A DNA stretch of 64,000 nucleotides from Phaeosaccion multiseriatum. Lineage: Eukaryota; Protista; Ochrophyta, other classes. The position numbers and the translations under genes were made by a program. Each line of letters begins with the position of its first letter. The first letter of the stretch is position 1. The stretch covers positions 1,922,001-1,986,000 of the forward strand of contig OZ218951.1 of assembly GCA_965112735.1 (NCBI GenBank). The letters run 5' to 3'. Under the pieces are notes generated by a model that saw only the letters and a list, made by a program, of their open reading frames with translations, was not told the origin of the DNA and ran no database searches. Below, one piece after another: positions 53,748-64,000 of the stretch.

Positions 53748-55504
53748 GGGGAGGAGCAGAAGGAGGGCGTGAGTGGGTGTGGGTGCGGATTGGAGATAAA
53801 GCGCCCATAAGTGTATGGCTCACTTTTGCACTGACAGTGAAGAAGAAGGCGAGGCATGTTACCGCCCACACCTGGAGGCGACGGGAACGGGTACAGCTCG
53901 TCGCCTAGAGGAAGTTGCAGTCCAACACACAAATTGTGTGTTGACCACAGAGCAGGGCGTGGCGTTGAAGACCGTCGCGACGGGTGGGCAGCAAGGGGTC
54001 GGAGGGGAGGAGTCTGCATGGAGCCGTGGATCCCGAGTAGGGCCGAGTAGGGCCGAGTAGGGGACCTTTCTTCGTGAAGGAGTGGTATGTGTACGAGGTC
54101 TTCTACAGAGGGAGTGGCGGCACTTACGGGGGGGGGGGGGGGGGGGCAGCAGCCCTTCTCAACAGGTAGTCCTGGAGAGGCTGTGGACGGAGTACAAGCC
54201 CACGGAGAGCGATTGATTACAAATCTATCGAGTCACATTAGTGGTGGACACAGACACAGGGGCAGCGACGAGCGTATCAGGCGGATTTGCAGTGCCTCAG
54301 TACAGTACCCACCTGTGCATGGACTGTGAAGCATGTGTAGTCCCTTGCTGCGAGTGAGAGGATGCGCGTGAAAGAGTAGTAGTGGGAGGTGGGGGAGGAG
54401 AAGGGTTGGGCGCAGGGGTGAAAGTAAGAGTGCCCCATCTTCGACCGAAAAGTGCCCCTTCTTCAGCCTTCTTTTTCTTTCACACACGCACACACTCACA
54501 TTCACACTTCCAGTTTCTCGGGTGATTCCGATCAAGTCAATTAAAGCCTCTTCGACCGTCTATACGAACGACTCATCTCCAACCATCAATCATCCCTAGC
54601 AAGGCCATAAATTTAAACGTACTGTCCCTCTCACGCATACAAGTACGTCCCCCCCAGACGCAGGAGGATGATTCCTGCCTCATTCCTCTGTCGGACCAAT
54701 CACTCCCATGACGTTGATGACGTCATCTCTAGAGACTCACTGTCAAGAACAACCTCGGATGACCCAAACGACAGGTGCATAAGCTGCCATACTTAGGTGC
54801 TCGTGTTCATAACCCCGCCCAGCAACGCGCGTTGTAAGCGTTTTCATAAACGTCGGAGGCGACGGGCCAAATGCACTACATCGTACTGCCCCACTCGGAA
54901 AGCCACCAAGTTCCCAAGTGGAAGCTAACGGGGTCGAAATGGTATCTCCACCTGGCTGGGTTTCCGAACTTTCTCAGAGACTCAGAGTCAATGAGGGGGG
55001 GAAAGGGGGAGAGGAAGTGTTCGGCCATTCCTGCATACAGTAGGCGGCCACTGCTCTGGAAGTGACACTTTACATTTTAGGGTCGTTTCAGACCCAGCAG
55101 TCTGAAACCGTCAGACCCACTCACGCACTTGAGGATCGTAGTGTTGAGCACCATGTGGGGGGAAGAAGAGTTAAGAGAGATGAAACTCTGGCGCAGACAG
55201 CCCCCGGGGAAGAAGAAGAGGGATGTGAGTATTAGTCCTCGCGCTTCTCCCTGTCTCCCTCTCCCTCTCCTGTTGGTGAGGCCGTCGGTGAGTATCCTGC
55301 TGCTGAGTTCAGGTCGCCCAGTCGTGCTGAAGACCCTCCGCGCGTTGAGGCATGGTGGTGCCTCCGAAGGCGGTCACGGAAGGAGGAATGTCTTTGGCAG
55401 GGCGGGGGGAGGGGGTTCGGGAGAGTAGTGACAGAAGAAAAGGACACAAGCCGGCCCACGCCATCCCTGCAGCCGAGCATGCCCGTCGCAGATGCGGCAG
55501 AAGT

Positions 55505-55600
55505 CCAGAGCTTACTTCCTTCATTCCCAGAGCTTACAATGTACTTCCTTCATTCTTAGGGCTTACTTCCTTCATTCCCAGAGCTTGCTTCCTTCATTCG
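55505..55600. repeat. About 22-bp tandem repeat (CAGAGCTTACTTCCTTCATTCC-like, 4 copies)
   Basis: Directly visible. Confidence 0.8.
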
Positions 55601-56410
55601 CCGTGGGGGGTGTAGTTGTGATCCACAGTAAGTCAGGGGGGGCAGTGTTTTGCCGAAAGCCGCAGCTCTCCCCCCCACTGGAGGGCTTCAGCGGCAAAAA
55701 GAACCTGAGTCACTGACTAGTGGGACAAGTTTGTCATCAAGACGCGCTTCGTGCCGCCGCTGCACCCGCTGCTGCCGGATTGAATCCTTGGCTGATCGAC
55801 GCAGATAGTGCCTTGGGCATCGGAGCCGTGATCAAAGCATCCGTCTGAGCTTCCGCCCACACACACACACACACGCGCGCGCGCACATCTCGTCGTGGGG
55901 TTTTGTCCGTGAAGGTTTAAGACGCTTCCCCAACCCTCCGTCCGTCGGAGCCAAGCTTCGCAATGGTGCCGAACTTTGAGAGCCGTCGTCTAAAATTGCG
56001 TTCGCTTGTGTCCACCACAAGCGACTTTCAGGCAGCGCAGCCCTCCTCCCTCCTTCGTCTCCTCCTTGGAAGCGGAGCATAGCGACACAACAAAAGTACT
56101 CTTCGTCGAGCCCCATTCTCTTTCTCTCTTCTCCATTCGCCAGTCGAGTTGAGTCACGGTGGTCGCATACGCCTTCCAAATCCAAGCGGGTGGGTACTTC
56201 CTCCCGTCGACAGGCATAGAACAAGACGCGTCTACCTTATGAGGCATTGAGCATGACCGAAAGCAAGCTCGTCTCCACGGAGCGCCAAGGCACAGACAGA
56301 GAGCACTGGGTGCCAAGGGGAGGGAGCAGAGTGTAAAAGGGGAGGGAAGAGTGGAGGTGGAGTGGCTGGGATGGGGGGAGGCCAAGAGAGTCTCAAAGCC
56401 CTCAAGAGAA

Positions 56411-57540
56411 TCAGGTGATTCGGTACGTCTTGTCCAAGTTCATCAGACTGCCGCCGCTGCCACCACTGTCTCCCTCGCCCTCCTCCTCCTCCTCCTGCTG
56501 CCGCTGCTGCTGCGGACACACGGCCTCCTTATAGCTGACGAGGGCCCGGTTGACAAAGCCCGTCAGCGCACACACCATAAACGTGTTGCGCACGGCTGTG
56601 TGTTGTGCGACGGCCTCCCACTTCTTGCCCGGGTGCAACTTGAAGAGTGCGTTCTGCAAGTAGTGGGGCGGCTCTGCCAGCAGGGGCTGCGAGCAGTCCA
56701 GTGGAGATCCCTTCGCCTCCACCCCGACTCCACCCCCACCCCCACCCCCAATGCCACCACCACCACCACCAGCAGCAGCATCAGGGGAGGCGTCGCCCTG
56801 TACGCCGTTCTCGCTCTTGCCGGGCTTGCCGGGTCCTCCTCCGGTGCCATCTTTCATGTAACGGCGCTTGGAGAAGAGCCAGCGCCCCACGCGGTACATT
56901 TGGCAGTAGTGCAGGAAGGTTGGGGTTAGGGGGAAGTGCTCCATCACCCCCGCGGAGGTAATGTTGGCTGCCACAGTGCACACAGAGGTGCCAGCCAGGG
57001 AAGGGAAACGAGGGCCTCCGCCTCCTCCATCCCGTGTGATCATGTCCCCTCCTCCCCTCCCCTCCTGTTGGCCATTGCTGCTGCCAAGGACACTGAGAGG
57101 TGGGGGTTCGACTCCGGTCGTTGCCGTGGAGCTAGTGTGTGCCCCCCCCCACGCGAGGGGGGCGTCCGCTTTCCCCTTGCCGGCCTGACTACTCCCTCGC
57201 GTTGGCATGAAGCGATCCACCTCACTCCAGCCTTCGAAATCGACCTAAAGCACGAGCGTCCGCAGCACCAGCACAGCAGCAGATCAAGGCGTCAGGAGAG
57301 TGAGTGTCAGGACAGTGAGTGTCAGGACAGTGAGTGTCAGGACAGTGAGCGTCAGGACAGTGAGTGTCAGGACTGTGAGTGTCAGGACAGAGAGAGTCAG
57401 GAGAGCCTCGTGGCCATGCAGGGGGGAAGGGAAGCACCGCAGCCCTCAGTCAGGATCAAGATCAAGATCAAAGAGGAGAGAGGTGAGCTTCAAAGGGGTC
57501 GACAGAAAAGGAAATCAATGCAATACACGCACGAATATGC

Positions 57541-57585
<45 letters not shown>

Positions 57586-58148
57586 CACCCAAGCACCGAC
57601 ACTTCCCACACACACGTACTTTCTCGTTCTCCAGCGCCATGTTGTTGAGGCGGTAGTGGCCTAAGTCAAGGGACAGGGCCGCCACCGAATACGCCGTTTG
57701 CTCCGCCAAGAGGTAAGGGTGGATCTCGTACACCTGTAAGCGGACGCGACGTTTCATTGCGACGGTTTCATGGGGGTTTGGGTTCGGGTTCGGGTTTGGG
57801 TTCACCGCCGCACATGAGTCACACACACACACACATGAAACACCCCCTTGGATGGGAGTGAGAAGGGGGCACCCCTTGGAACGCCGTTCTCTCCTTCTCT
57901 CTCTCTCTCTGCTCCCATGATCCCTCCCCCCCCCCTTTCTTTCCCTTTCTCTCTTCTCTCGTATGCCTTAGCTCTCGTTGAGGTATATACATCCTCCTCC
58001 TCCTCCTCCTCCTCACTGACCTTGGGGGCCATGTCTACCCACCGGGGCAGGAGCCTCTCCCAATCCCTCCGATGCATGACGTAGGGCGGGATGAGGTTGA
58101 AGTACTGCCTCGCCTCCACCATGCTTATCTCCTTACACGTGGCAGTGC

Positions 58149-58179
<31 letters not shown>

Positions 58180-59730
58180 CCCTCCTTGTGTATCGGGCTG
58201 CTCGGGGTCTTCACGTGGTATAGTTGGGCAGACAGTAGAGAGATCCCAAGTCCACCAAGCAGGAAGCTCAAAGTGCTGCCCGGCGGGCTGCCCCTCTCGG
58301 ATAAATGCGCCGCTCTCCAGCCCCAAAGCCTCCAGACTCAGCCCGTCGCCGGAGACTTTAACATCCTTCGGGTTGAGCCAAACTGAACAAGGTTATCATG
58401 GAAGTGAAAAGCGTGTAAGTGTGTGTGTGTGTGTGTGCGGGGGGGGGGGGAGAGGAGCAGAAGTGGAAGTGGATAAGGGTTTGCCTGCTCTCTCGGACGA
58501 AAGCAGAAAAAATAAACAAAACAAAAAAAATAAAAATGGAACAGCAGGTTCGCGGGCGGGCAGACAGAGTGTGGATGATAGCAAGAAATACACACACTTG
58601 CCACCTTACCGTACCCACCTGAGAGGGGCCTTAAAAAGGCAAAGTCGGGGTCGATGAGTGCGATGACGGACTCCTCCACAACTGTCTCGTGCATCCAGCG
58701 CAGCATGGCGTTGGGCTTGTTAAAGTACGGATAGGCCACCCCGGTGGACGGGTCGATGTGAGAGAAGGTCTCGGTGAAGAAGAGACGCCACTGATTGCTA
58801 ACGTTACCAACACCACCGCTCTTCCTGTCGACCTCCGCGGCCCACATGCGGCGCGACTCTCGGATCTGCTCCTCCTTTTCGACGCTGCCGCAGCCGCTGA
58901 TGAGCTGAGTTATGGGGCCCCGGTGGCCCGCGAGGAAGGCGGAGTGGAAGAGCACCACCGATTGCCAGGCCTGGTAGTTGGAGCAGTCACTAGAGAACAC
59001 CTGTGGGGCAGGGGCAGGCACGGCACGGCGCAGCACAGCACACATCAAACACACACGCACACGCACACGCACACGCACACACACACGCACACGCACACGC
59101 ACACGCACACACGCAAACGTAAGCCGTCTAGGAAAGCCATCCGAGTGCGAGGAACTCTCACCACACGCACGATGTCCTCCCTCGCACCATACCACCTTTT
59201 CCCACGCGCATATGCCTCCTTCGTCTCCGCCCCCCCCCCCCCCCCTCTCTTCTCCCCTCTTGCTTACCACATGCACATCGTACTCGTTCCGCGGCAGCCC
59301 CGAGCTCTCCCAATCCAAACCCGGTAGCTCCGAAGGCGGGCGCCCCTTTCGCTGCTTGTCCGCCGTGCTGCTCAAACTGGTGCTGCTGGGACTGGCGTCG
59401 CTGCTGCCATGGGTGCGTAGGACAGGGGGATTGGCACTGTCTCCCTCAGCCGGCCAAGTGCTCGCCAGGAAGGAGAGACGCAGCAAGAGGGCCAGACTAG
59501 AGAGGGCACACGCGGCGACCGCGAGCTTGATCCAGTGCCCAGGAATGCGATACCGCCCCCCCCCTGGCCCTCCCGCCCCATGAGGGGTGCGCCTGCGAGA
59601 GGTGGCTGCCTGGACACAAGTGAGTGACACCGAGCGGTGCATTCCACCCTTCTGTATCACCAGCTGTTGCTATATTGCTGCTGCTTCTACTGCTGCTTGT
59701 CACCTCTCGCGCCCGCGTGGTCCTGGACAT
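56411..59730 (-). CDS. Type II membrane glycosyltransferase of the hydroxyproline O-arabinosyltransferase / peptidyl-serine galactosyltransferase (GT95/GT96)-like family
   Basis: 'VHVVFSSDCSNYQAWQS..LFHS....HRGPITQLISGC', 'YPYFNKPNAMLRW', 'IALIDPDFAFLRPL' (DxD), 'PPYVMHRRDW', 'LLAEQTAYSVAA', 'FLHYCQMY'; N-terminal TM helix. The start codon is uncertain. Confidence 0.85.
57290..57402. repeat. 15-bp intronic tandem repeat (GTCAGGACAGTGAGT, about 7 copies)
   Basis: Directly visible; on the transcribed strand it reads as CTGAC/CTCAC units just upstream of a 3' splice site. Confidence 0.85.
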
Positions 59731-60093
59731 AAAGAGCGATCGAGATGGAAAGGTGAAAAAAGCCATTGGGTGGAAGGAAGCATAGAGTAAGTCATGTGGG
59801 AAAGCGGGGGACGATGTATGGAAGGTGCTTATGGAGAGTCGATGGTGGGGCACCGTTGGGGATGGATAGGGAAGCTTTCTCAGGGCCCATCCTTTTCCCT
59901 CCGCATGTTTCTTCCCTGAGATCCTCCCTCACCACTCTCCCGGCCGCCTGGGACCAGAGTACTGAAACGAGGAAGGATGCCATGCATCACCCCAGCTCAC
60001 AGTCGAGGGAAAAAAAAAAATTCTAACGAACCTGTCGCATAGCTTCTCACTGGAGGATTTGGCATCCGAATGGGTTCCACTTCTACGGTTCTT

Positions 60094-63000
60094 CTTTTCG
60101 CGTGCGAGCGTAGCGAGTACGCTTTCTATCTTACCGTATGTGAGATGTTTCCTCTATTTCTTTCCGCCAAATTTTTCCTGAGCGCTCAGGAAGGGTATGC
60201 AACTTGGGGTATGTCCTGCGCTCTCAGCGCTCCGAGCACTTTGGGCAGAAATTTGATGGCCATGGGGGGGAAATTTCGAAATTCACCAAATCGACCAAAT
60301 CATCCACACATAGCAATAGAAAGAGATACAGCTATCCCCAATGCGCCACTCCTGTGGAGCCCCGTGCGTCTGGCTCCTTCCTTCTCGGTTGCTGCTGCTC
60401 CCGCGTCTCTGACTTCCACCTCTTCTCATATCGTACTCTTCCTACACCCGGTCTGGATTAGCATATGGCCTGCTGTGAGGAGGAGGGCACATCGGAGGGG
60501 TGGGTCATCTAGCCTGTCGACCCTGCTGAGAACGACATTAACACCAGCGGGGACGAGGATGAGGAGGATGACGTGGGGGGACGAAGGGGACTGGTTGATA
60601 GCAGATCGTGTGGGAACAGCATTTCCTCACCCTCTCTTCCACTTGCAGTAGCACCAGCAGTTGGTACAGTCGCAGCGCCAGCACCGGCCCTAGCACCAGA
60701 AGACGTCCACGCTGCAGCAGCCTCAGTCGAGGATGACAAGGTGGATGAAGAGCTGCTGGCGCAGGTGAGGGCAGCCTCAGGGGGGCGAAAAGGGGGATGA
60801 AGAGCTGCTGGCAAAGGCGAGGGCAGATGTTGACAGCGCGGAATGGGTCACGCGGCAGTGGAACACCTGGAATATCTGGCCCTATCTATCTCTCCAGTCG
60901 TCGCCGAGTGGAAAGGTAGTGCTAGTGGCCAATCGGCCAGCAGGACTCGGAAGGAGTTTCCCCTGAGACTCAGTTGGGCGTGGACGGTGTGGAAGGCGCA
61001 GGGTCAAACCATGGGGAAAGGTGGTGCTCGTTCCGGGCACACAGGAGAACACGAGTGGCCTCACCTACGTGGCGCCATCTCCAGAGCCACCAACATCTAC
61101 TGTATTGGCATCTACGGGGGTCTCACACAGGAGCGGCTCCGAGTTGTTATTGGTGGGAAGGCGTTAGACAAGAGGAAGACAGAGGAGCAGCGGCTTCGGG
61201 GGCTTCAGGAGCGGACGCTTGAGAGGGTCAGAGGGAGGAGGGTAGTGCAACCAGTTGTGCGACCAGGGTAGCAGGGTAGTGAGTGTGAGAGGTAGGTGTG
61301 TGTGTGTGGGTGTCTGTGCGTATGTGTGTGTGTGTGTGTGTCAGGCTCTGTATGTATGTGTGAGGAAGGAGGGTAGTGCAACCAGTGGTGCAACCAGGGT
61401 AGGAGGGTAGTAAGTGTGAGAGAGGATGCGTGTGAGTGTCTGTGCGTGTGTCTCGGTGTGTGTCTCTCGGTACATGTGTGCGCGTGCGTGCGTGTAAATA
61501 AATAACTGTCAATACAAAGCGGAAATTCCAACTCAACGATTGATTGGGGGACAGCTGCCAACCCAGCACCTCAGCCATAGCAGCCAACCCAACACTCTCC
61601 ATCCGTCTGAGTTCGAAAGTTTTGCCCGGCAGGGTAGTCGTGGGAGAGAGAAAGAACTAAGGTATTTCTCTCGCACGCGACTATATGCTGGCATACCATA
61701 TTATCGAGTGTGAGATGTTTCCTCTATTTCTCAAATTTCCCCCACCCAGCCCCAAATTTGGGCCATCGACTTTTCCGCCAAATTTTTCCTGAGCGCTCAA
61801 GGAGGGTATGTCTTGCGCTCCAAGGGTACTTAAAGTAAACAACTTTAAGTACCCTTGTGCGCTTGTGCGCTCTCAGCGCTCCGAGCACTTTGGGCAGAAA
61901 TTTGATGGCCATGGGGGGAAATTCACCAAATCGACCAAATCTTCCAGACATAGCAAATAGAAAGAGATAGAGCTATCCCCAAGGCGCTACTCCTGTGGAG
62001 CCCCGTGCGTCTGCCTCCTTCCTTCTCGGTTGCTGCTGCTCCCGCGTCTCTGACTTCCACCTCTTCTCATATCGTGCTCTTCCTGCGGCAAGAAGACTGA
62101 CCATGGCAGTTGGATTAGCGTATCCTGCTGTGAGGTGAGAGATACAGCTATCCCCAAGGCGCTGCTCCTGTGGATCCCCGTGCGTCTGGATCCTTCCTTC
62201 TCGGTTGCTGCTTCTCCCGCGTCTCTGACATCCACCTCTTCTCATATCGTTCTCTTCCTGCGGCAATACTGACCATGACAGTTGGATTAGCGTATGGCCT
62301 GCTGTGAGGAGGAGGGCACATCGGAGGGGTGGCTCATCCAGCCTGTTGACCCTGCTGACAACGACACTAACCCCAGCGGAGACGAGGACGAGGAGGATGA
62401 CGTGGGGGACGAAGGGGACTGGTTGATAGCAGATCGTGTGGGAACAGCATTTCCTCAGCACTCTCTTCCACTTGCAGTAGCACCAGCAGTAGCACCGGCC
62501 CTAGCACCAGAAGACCTAGCACCAGAAGACGTCCACGCTGCAGCAGCCTCAGTCGAGGATGACAAGGCGGATGAAGAGCTGCTGGCGCAGGTGAGGGAAG
62601 CCTCAGCCGGGGATGACAAGGGGGATGAAGAGCTGCTGGCGCAGGCGAGGGCAGATGTTGACAGCGCGGAATGGGTCACGCGGCAGTGGTACAGACGTGT
62701 CAATTACCGTTCGCTCCGTCTGCAGCAGTGGGATGGGGACGACGACGGGCGCGTTGCGTTACAGCAAAGCCTCACCCAGGCTCAGTGCGCCTCACGGGAA
62801 GCTGAAAGTGCCCGTCTTTGGGCCATTTCTGCCCGAGCTGGTGCCCGCGCCCGCATCAGTCGCAGAGAGGCAGAGGACGCTCGGAACCGCCTCACACGAC
62901 AAGCACGTGCACAACGCGTTGCCATCTCCAGAGCCACCAACATCGACTGTATTGGCATCTATGGGGGTCTCACAGAGGAGCGGCTCCGAGTCGTTATTGG

Positions 63001-63487
63001 TGGGAAGGCGTTAGACAAGAGGAAGACAGAGGAGCAGCGGCTTCTGAGGCTTCAGGAGCTGACGCTTCAGAGGGTCAGAGGGGGGAGGGTAGTGCAACCA
63101 GGGTAGGAGGGTAATAAGTGTGAGAGGGAGGTGTGTGTGTGGGTGTGTGGGTGTGGGTGTGGGTGTGTGAGAGAGGATGCGTGTGAGTGTCCGTGCGTGT
63201 GTGTGTGTCTCTGTATGTGTGTCTCGGTGTATGTGTGCGTGCGTGCGTGTAAATAGATAACGTAAATACTTCGTCGTAAATAACTGTCAATACAAAGCGG
63301 AAATTCCAACTCAACGATTGATTGGGGGACAGCTGCCAACCCAGCACCTCAGCCATAGCAGCCAACCCAACACTCTCCATCCCCTCTGAGTTCGAAAGTT
63401 TTGCCCGGCAGGGTAGTCGTGGGAGAGAGAAAGAACTGAGGTATTTCTCTCGCACGCGACTATATGCTGGCATACCCTATTATTTTT
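60094..63487 (+). mobile_element. Tandem pair of internally deleted Helitron2/Helentron-like rolling-circle elements (unit 1 ~60094-61704, unit 2 ~61705-63487)
   Basis: Frameshifted PIF1-helicase C-terminus at ~60950-61230 ('FPLRLSWAWTVWKAQGQTMG/KVVL.PG....GLTYVA/ISRAT...ERL...EEQRL'); subterminal inverted repeat TCGCGTGCGAG (~60098) vs CTCGCACGCGA (~61670 and ~63449); short 3' palindrome TATGCTGGCATA; T-rich flanks; internal (GT)n. Confidence 0.72.
62294..63106 (+). CDS. Open 270-aa ORF in Helitron-like unit 2 (acidic N-terminus fused to the helicase C-terminal tail)
   Basis: Uninterrupted ORF ending 'VAISRATNIDCIGIYGGLTEERL...EEQRL'. The homologous ORF in unit 1 has an early stop and frameshifts. 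Confidence 0.4.
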   Translation: MACCEEEGTSEGWLIQPVDPADNDTNPSGDEDEEDDVGDEGDWLIADRVGTAFPQHSLPLAVAPAVAPALAPEDLAPEDVHAAAASVEDDKADEELLAQVREASAGDDKGDEELLAQARADVDSAEWVTRQWYRRVNYRSLRLQQWDGDDDGRVALQQSLTQAQCASREAESARLWAISARAGARARISRREAEDARNRLTRQARAQRVAISRATNIDCIGIYGGLTEERLRVVIGGKALDKRKTEEQRLLRLQELTLQRVRGGRVVQPG

Positions 63488-64000
63488 CCTACTGCAGCTT
63501 TACTCTGTAATTAAATCTCTCTTCAGATGTGATTATCCAGGAGGGAAAGTTATGTCAACAAACCGGTACGCCTCCCTCCCCCTCCTCGACCCTCCGGCCC
63601 ATTTCCCTCATTCTGTTCACTCCCCCTCGCCCATCCGCCCTCTCACTCCTACACCAACCCTCCTCCTGCTGCAATAAGGTCACAAGGAGAGGATGGGCAG
63701 GCGCAGGATCTCCCGAAGCTCGTCGGCTGCCATCGCGAGCGTATCCAGCGGGATGCTCTCATTGGGGCTGTGGATGACTGCCCACGAGTCGTTGGGGCCC
63801 GCTGCAGCCGCGTAGGGCGTCGCCGTTCCATTGACCAGGTGCTTGAGCACAGAGCAGCCTGTGGGTGGGTGCGTCGTGGGTGCGTGCGTGCGTGCGTGTG
63901 CGTGCGTAGGTGTGCGTGCGTACGTGCAGGCGTTTTAACAACAGGAAGGGAGGGCAGGGCTACTGAGCGCACACATGAGCGAAGCCACAGCGCAAGGCAC

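Noticed and set aside
53750-56400. Short ORFs between the SDR exon and the glycosyltransferase (e.g. 55832-56224)
   Set aside because: I found no recognisable motifs or consistent exon chain; the region is left unannotated and a homology search could still reveal something.
57100-57125. GGTTCGACTCC, similar to a tRNA T-loop
   Set aside because: It lies in a coding exon and no cloverleaf can be formed around it.
57770-57803. Telomere-like GGGTTT/GGGTTC repeats (also GGGTGA repeats at 4205-4385)
   Set aside because: They are short, degenerate and intronic, with no sign of a chromosome end or fusion.

Overview
Eukaryotic, GC-rich, microsatellite-rich genomic DNA with GT-AG introns of about 150-1100 bp. 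It is most consistent with a plastid-bearing stramenopile (ochrophyte alga); this is an inference from a signal peptide plus AF-type transit motif and from the gene families present. I can assemble about ten genes by hand: an SLC35F5-like transporter, a plastid-type FKBP+CS protein, a membrane-anchored protein with four tandem Cu-only-SOD-like domains, a coiled-coil protein, an intronless CHASE hybrid histidine kinase, a UBA/zf-GRF calpain, an intronless ankyrin-like protein, CPSF1, a 13-exon ~3,200-aa chromatin protein and an HPAT/SERGT-like glycosyltransferase. There is also an orphan SDR exon, a non-autonomous TIR element (TCGG...CCGA, 6-bp TSD) with a nested relative, and a tandem pair of deleted Helitron2/Helentron-like elements carrying PIF1-helicase remnants. 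The two most striking items are (1) the giant chromatin protein, in which a GT-A-glycosyltransferase-like domain is split by a Tudor domain that is itself split by ~2,100 aa of AT-hook-bearing low-complexity sequence and is followed by a PHD finger, and (2) the 4x Cu-only SOD-like surface protein built from symmetric exons. All exon models and domain calls were made by eye and need RNA-seq and HMM confirmation.
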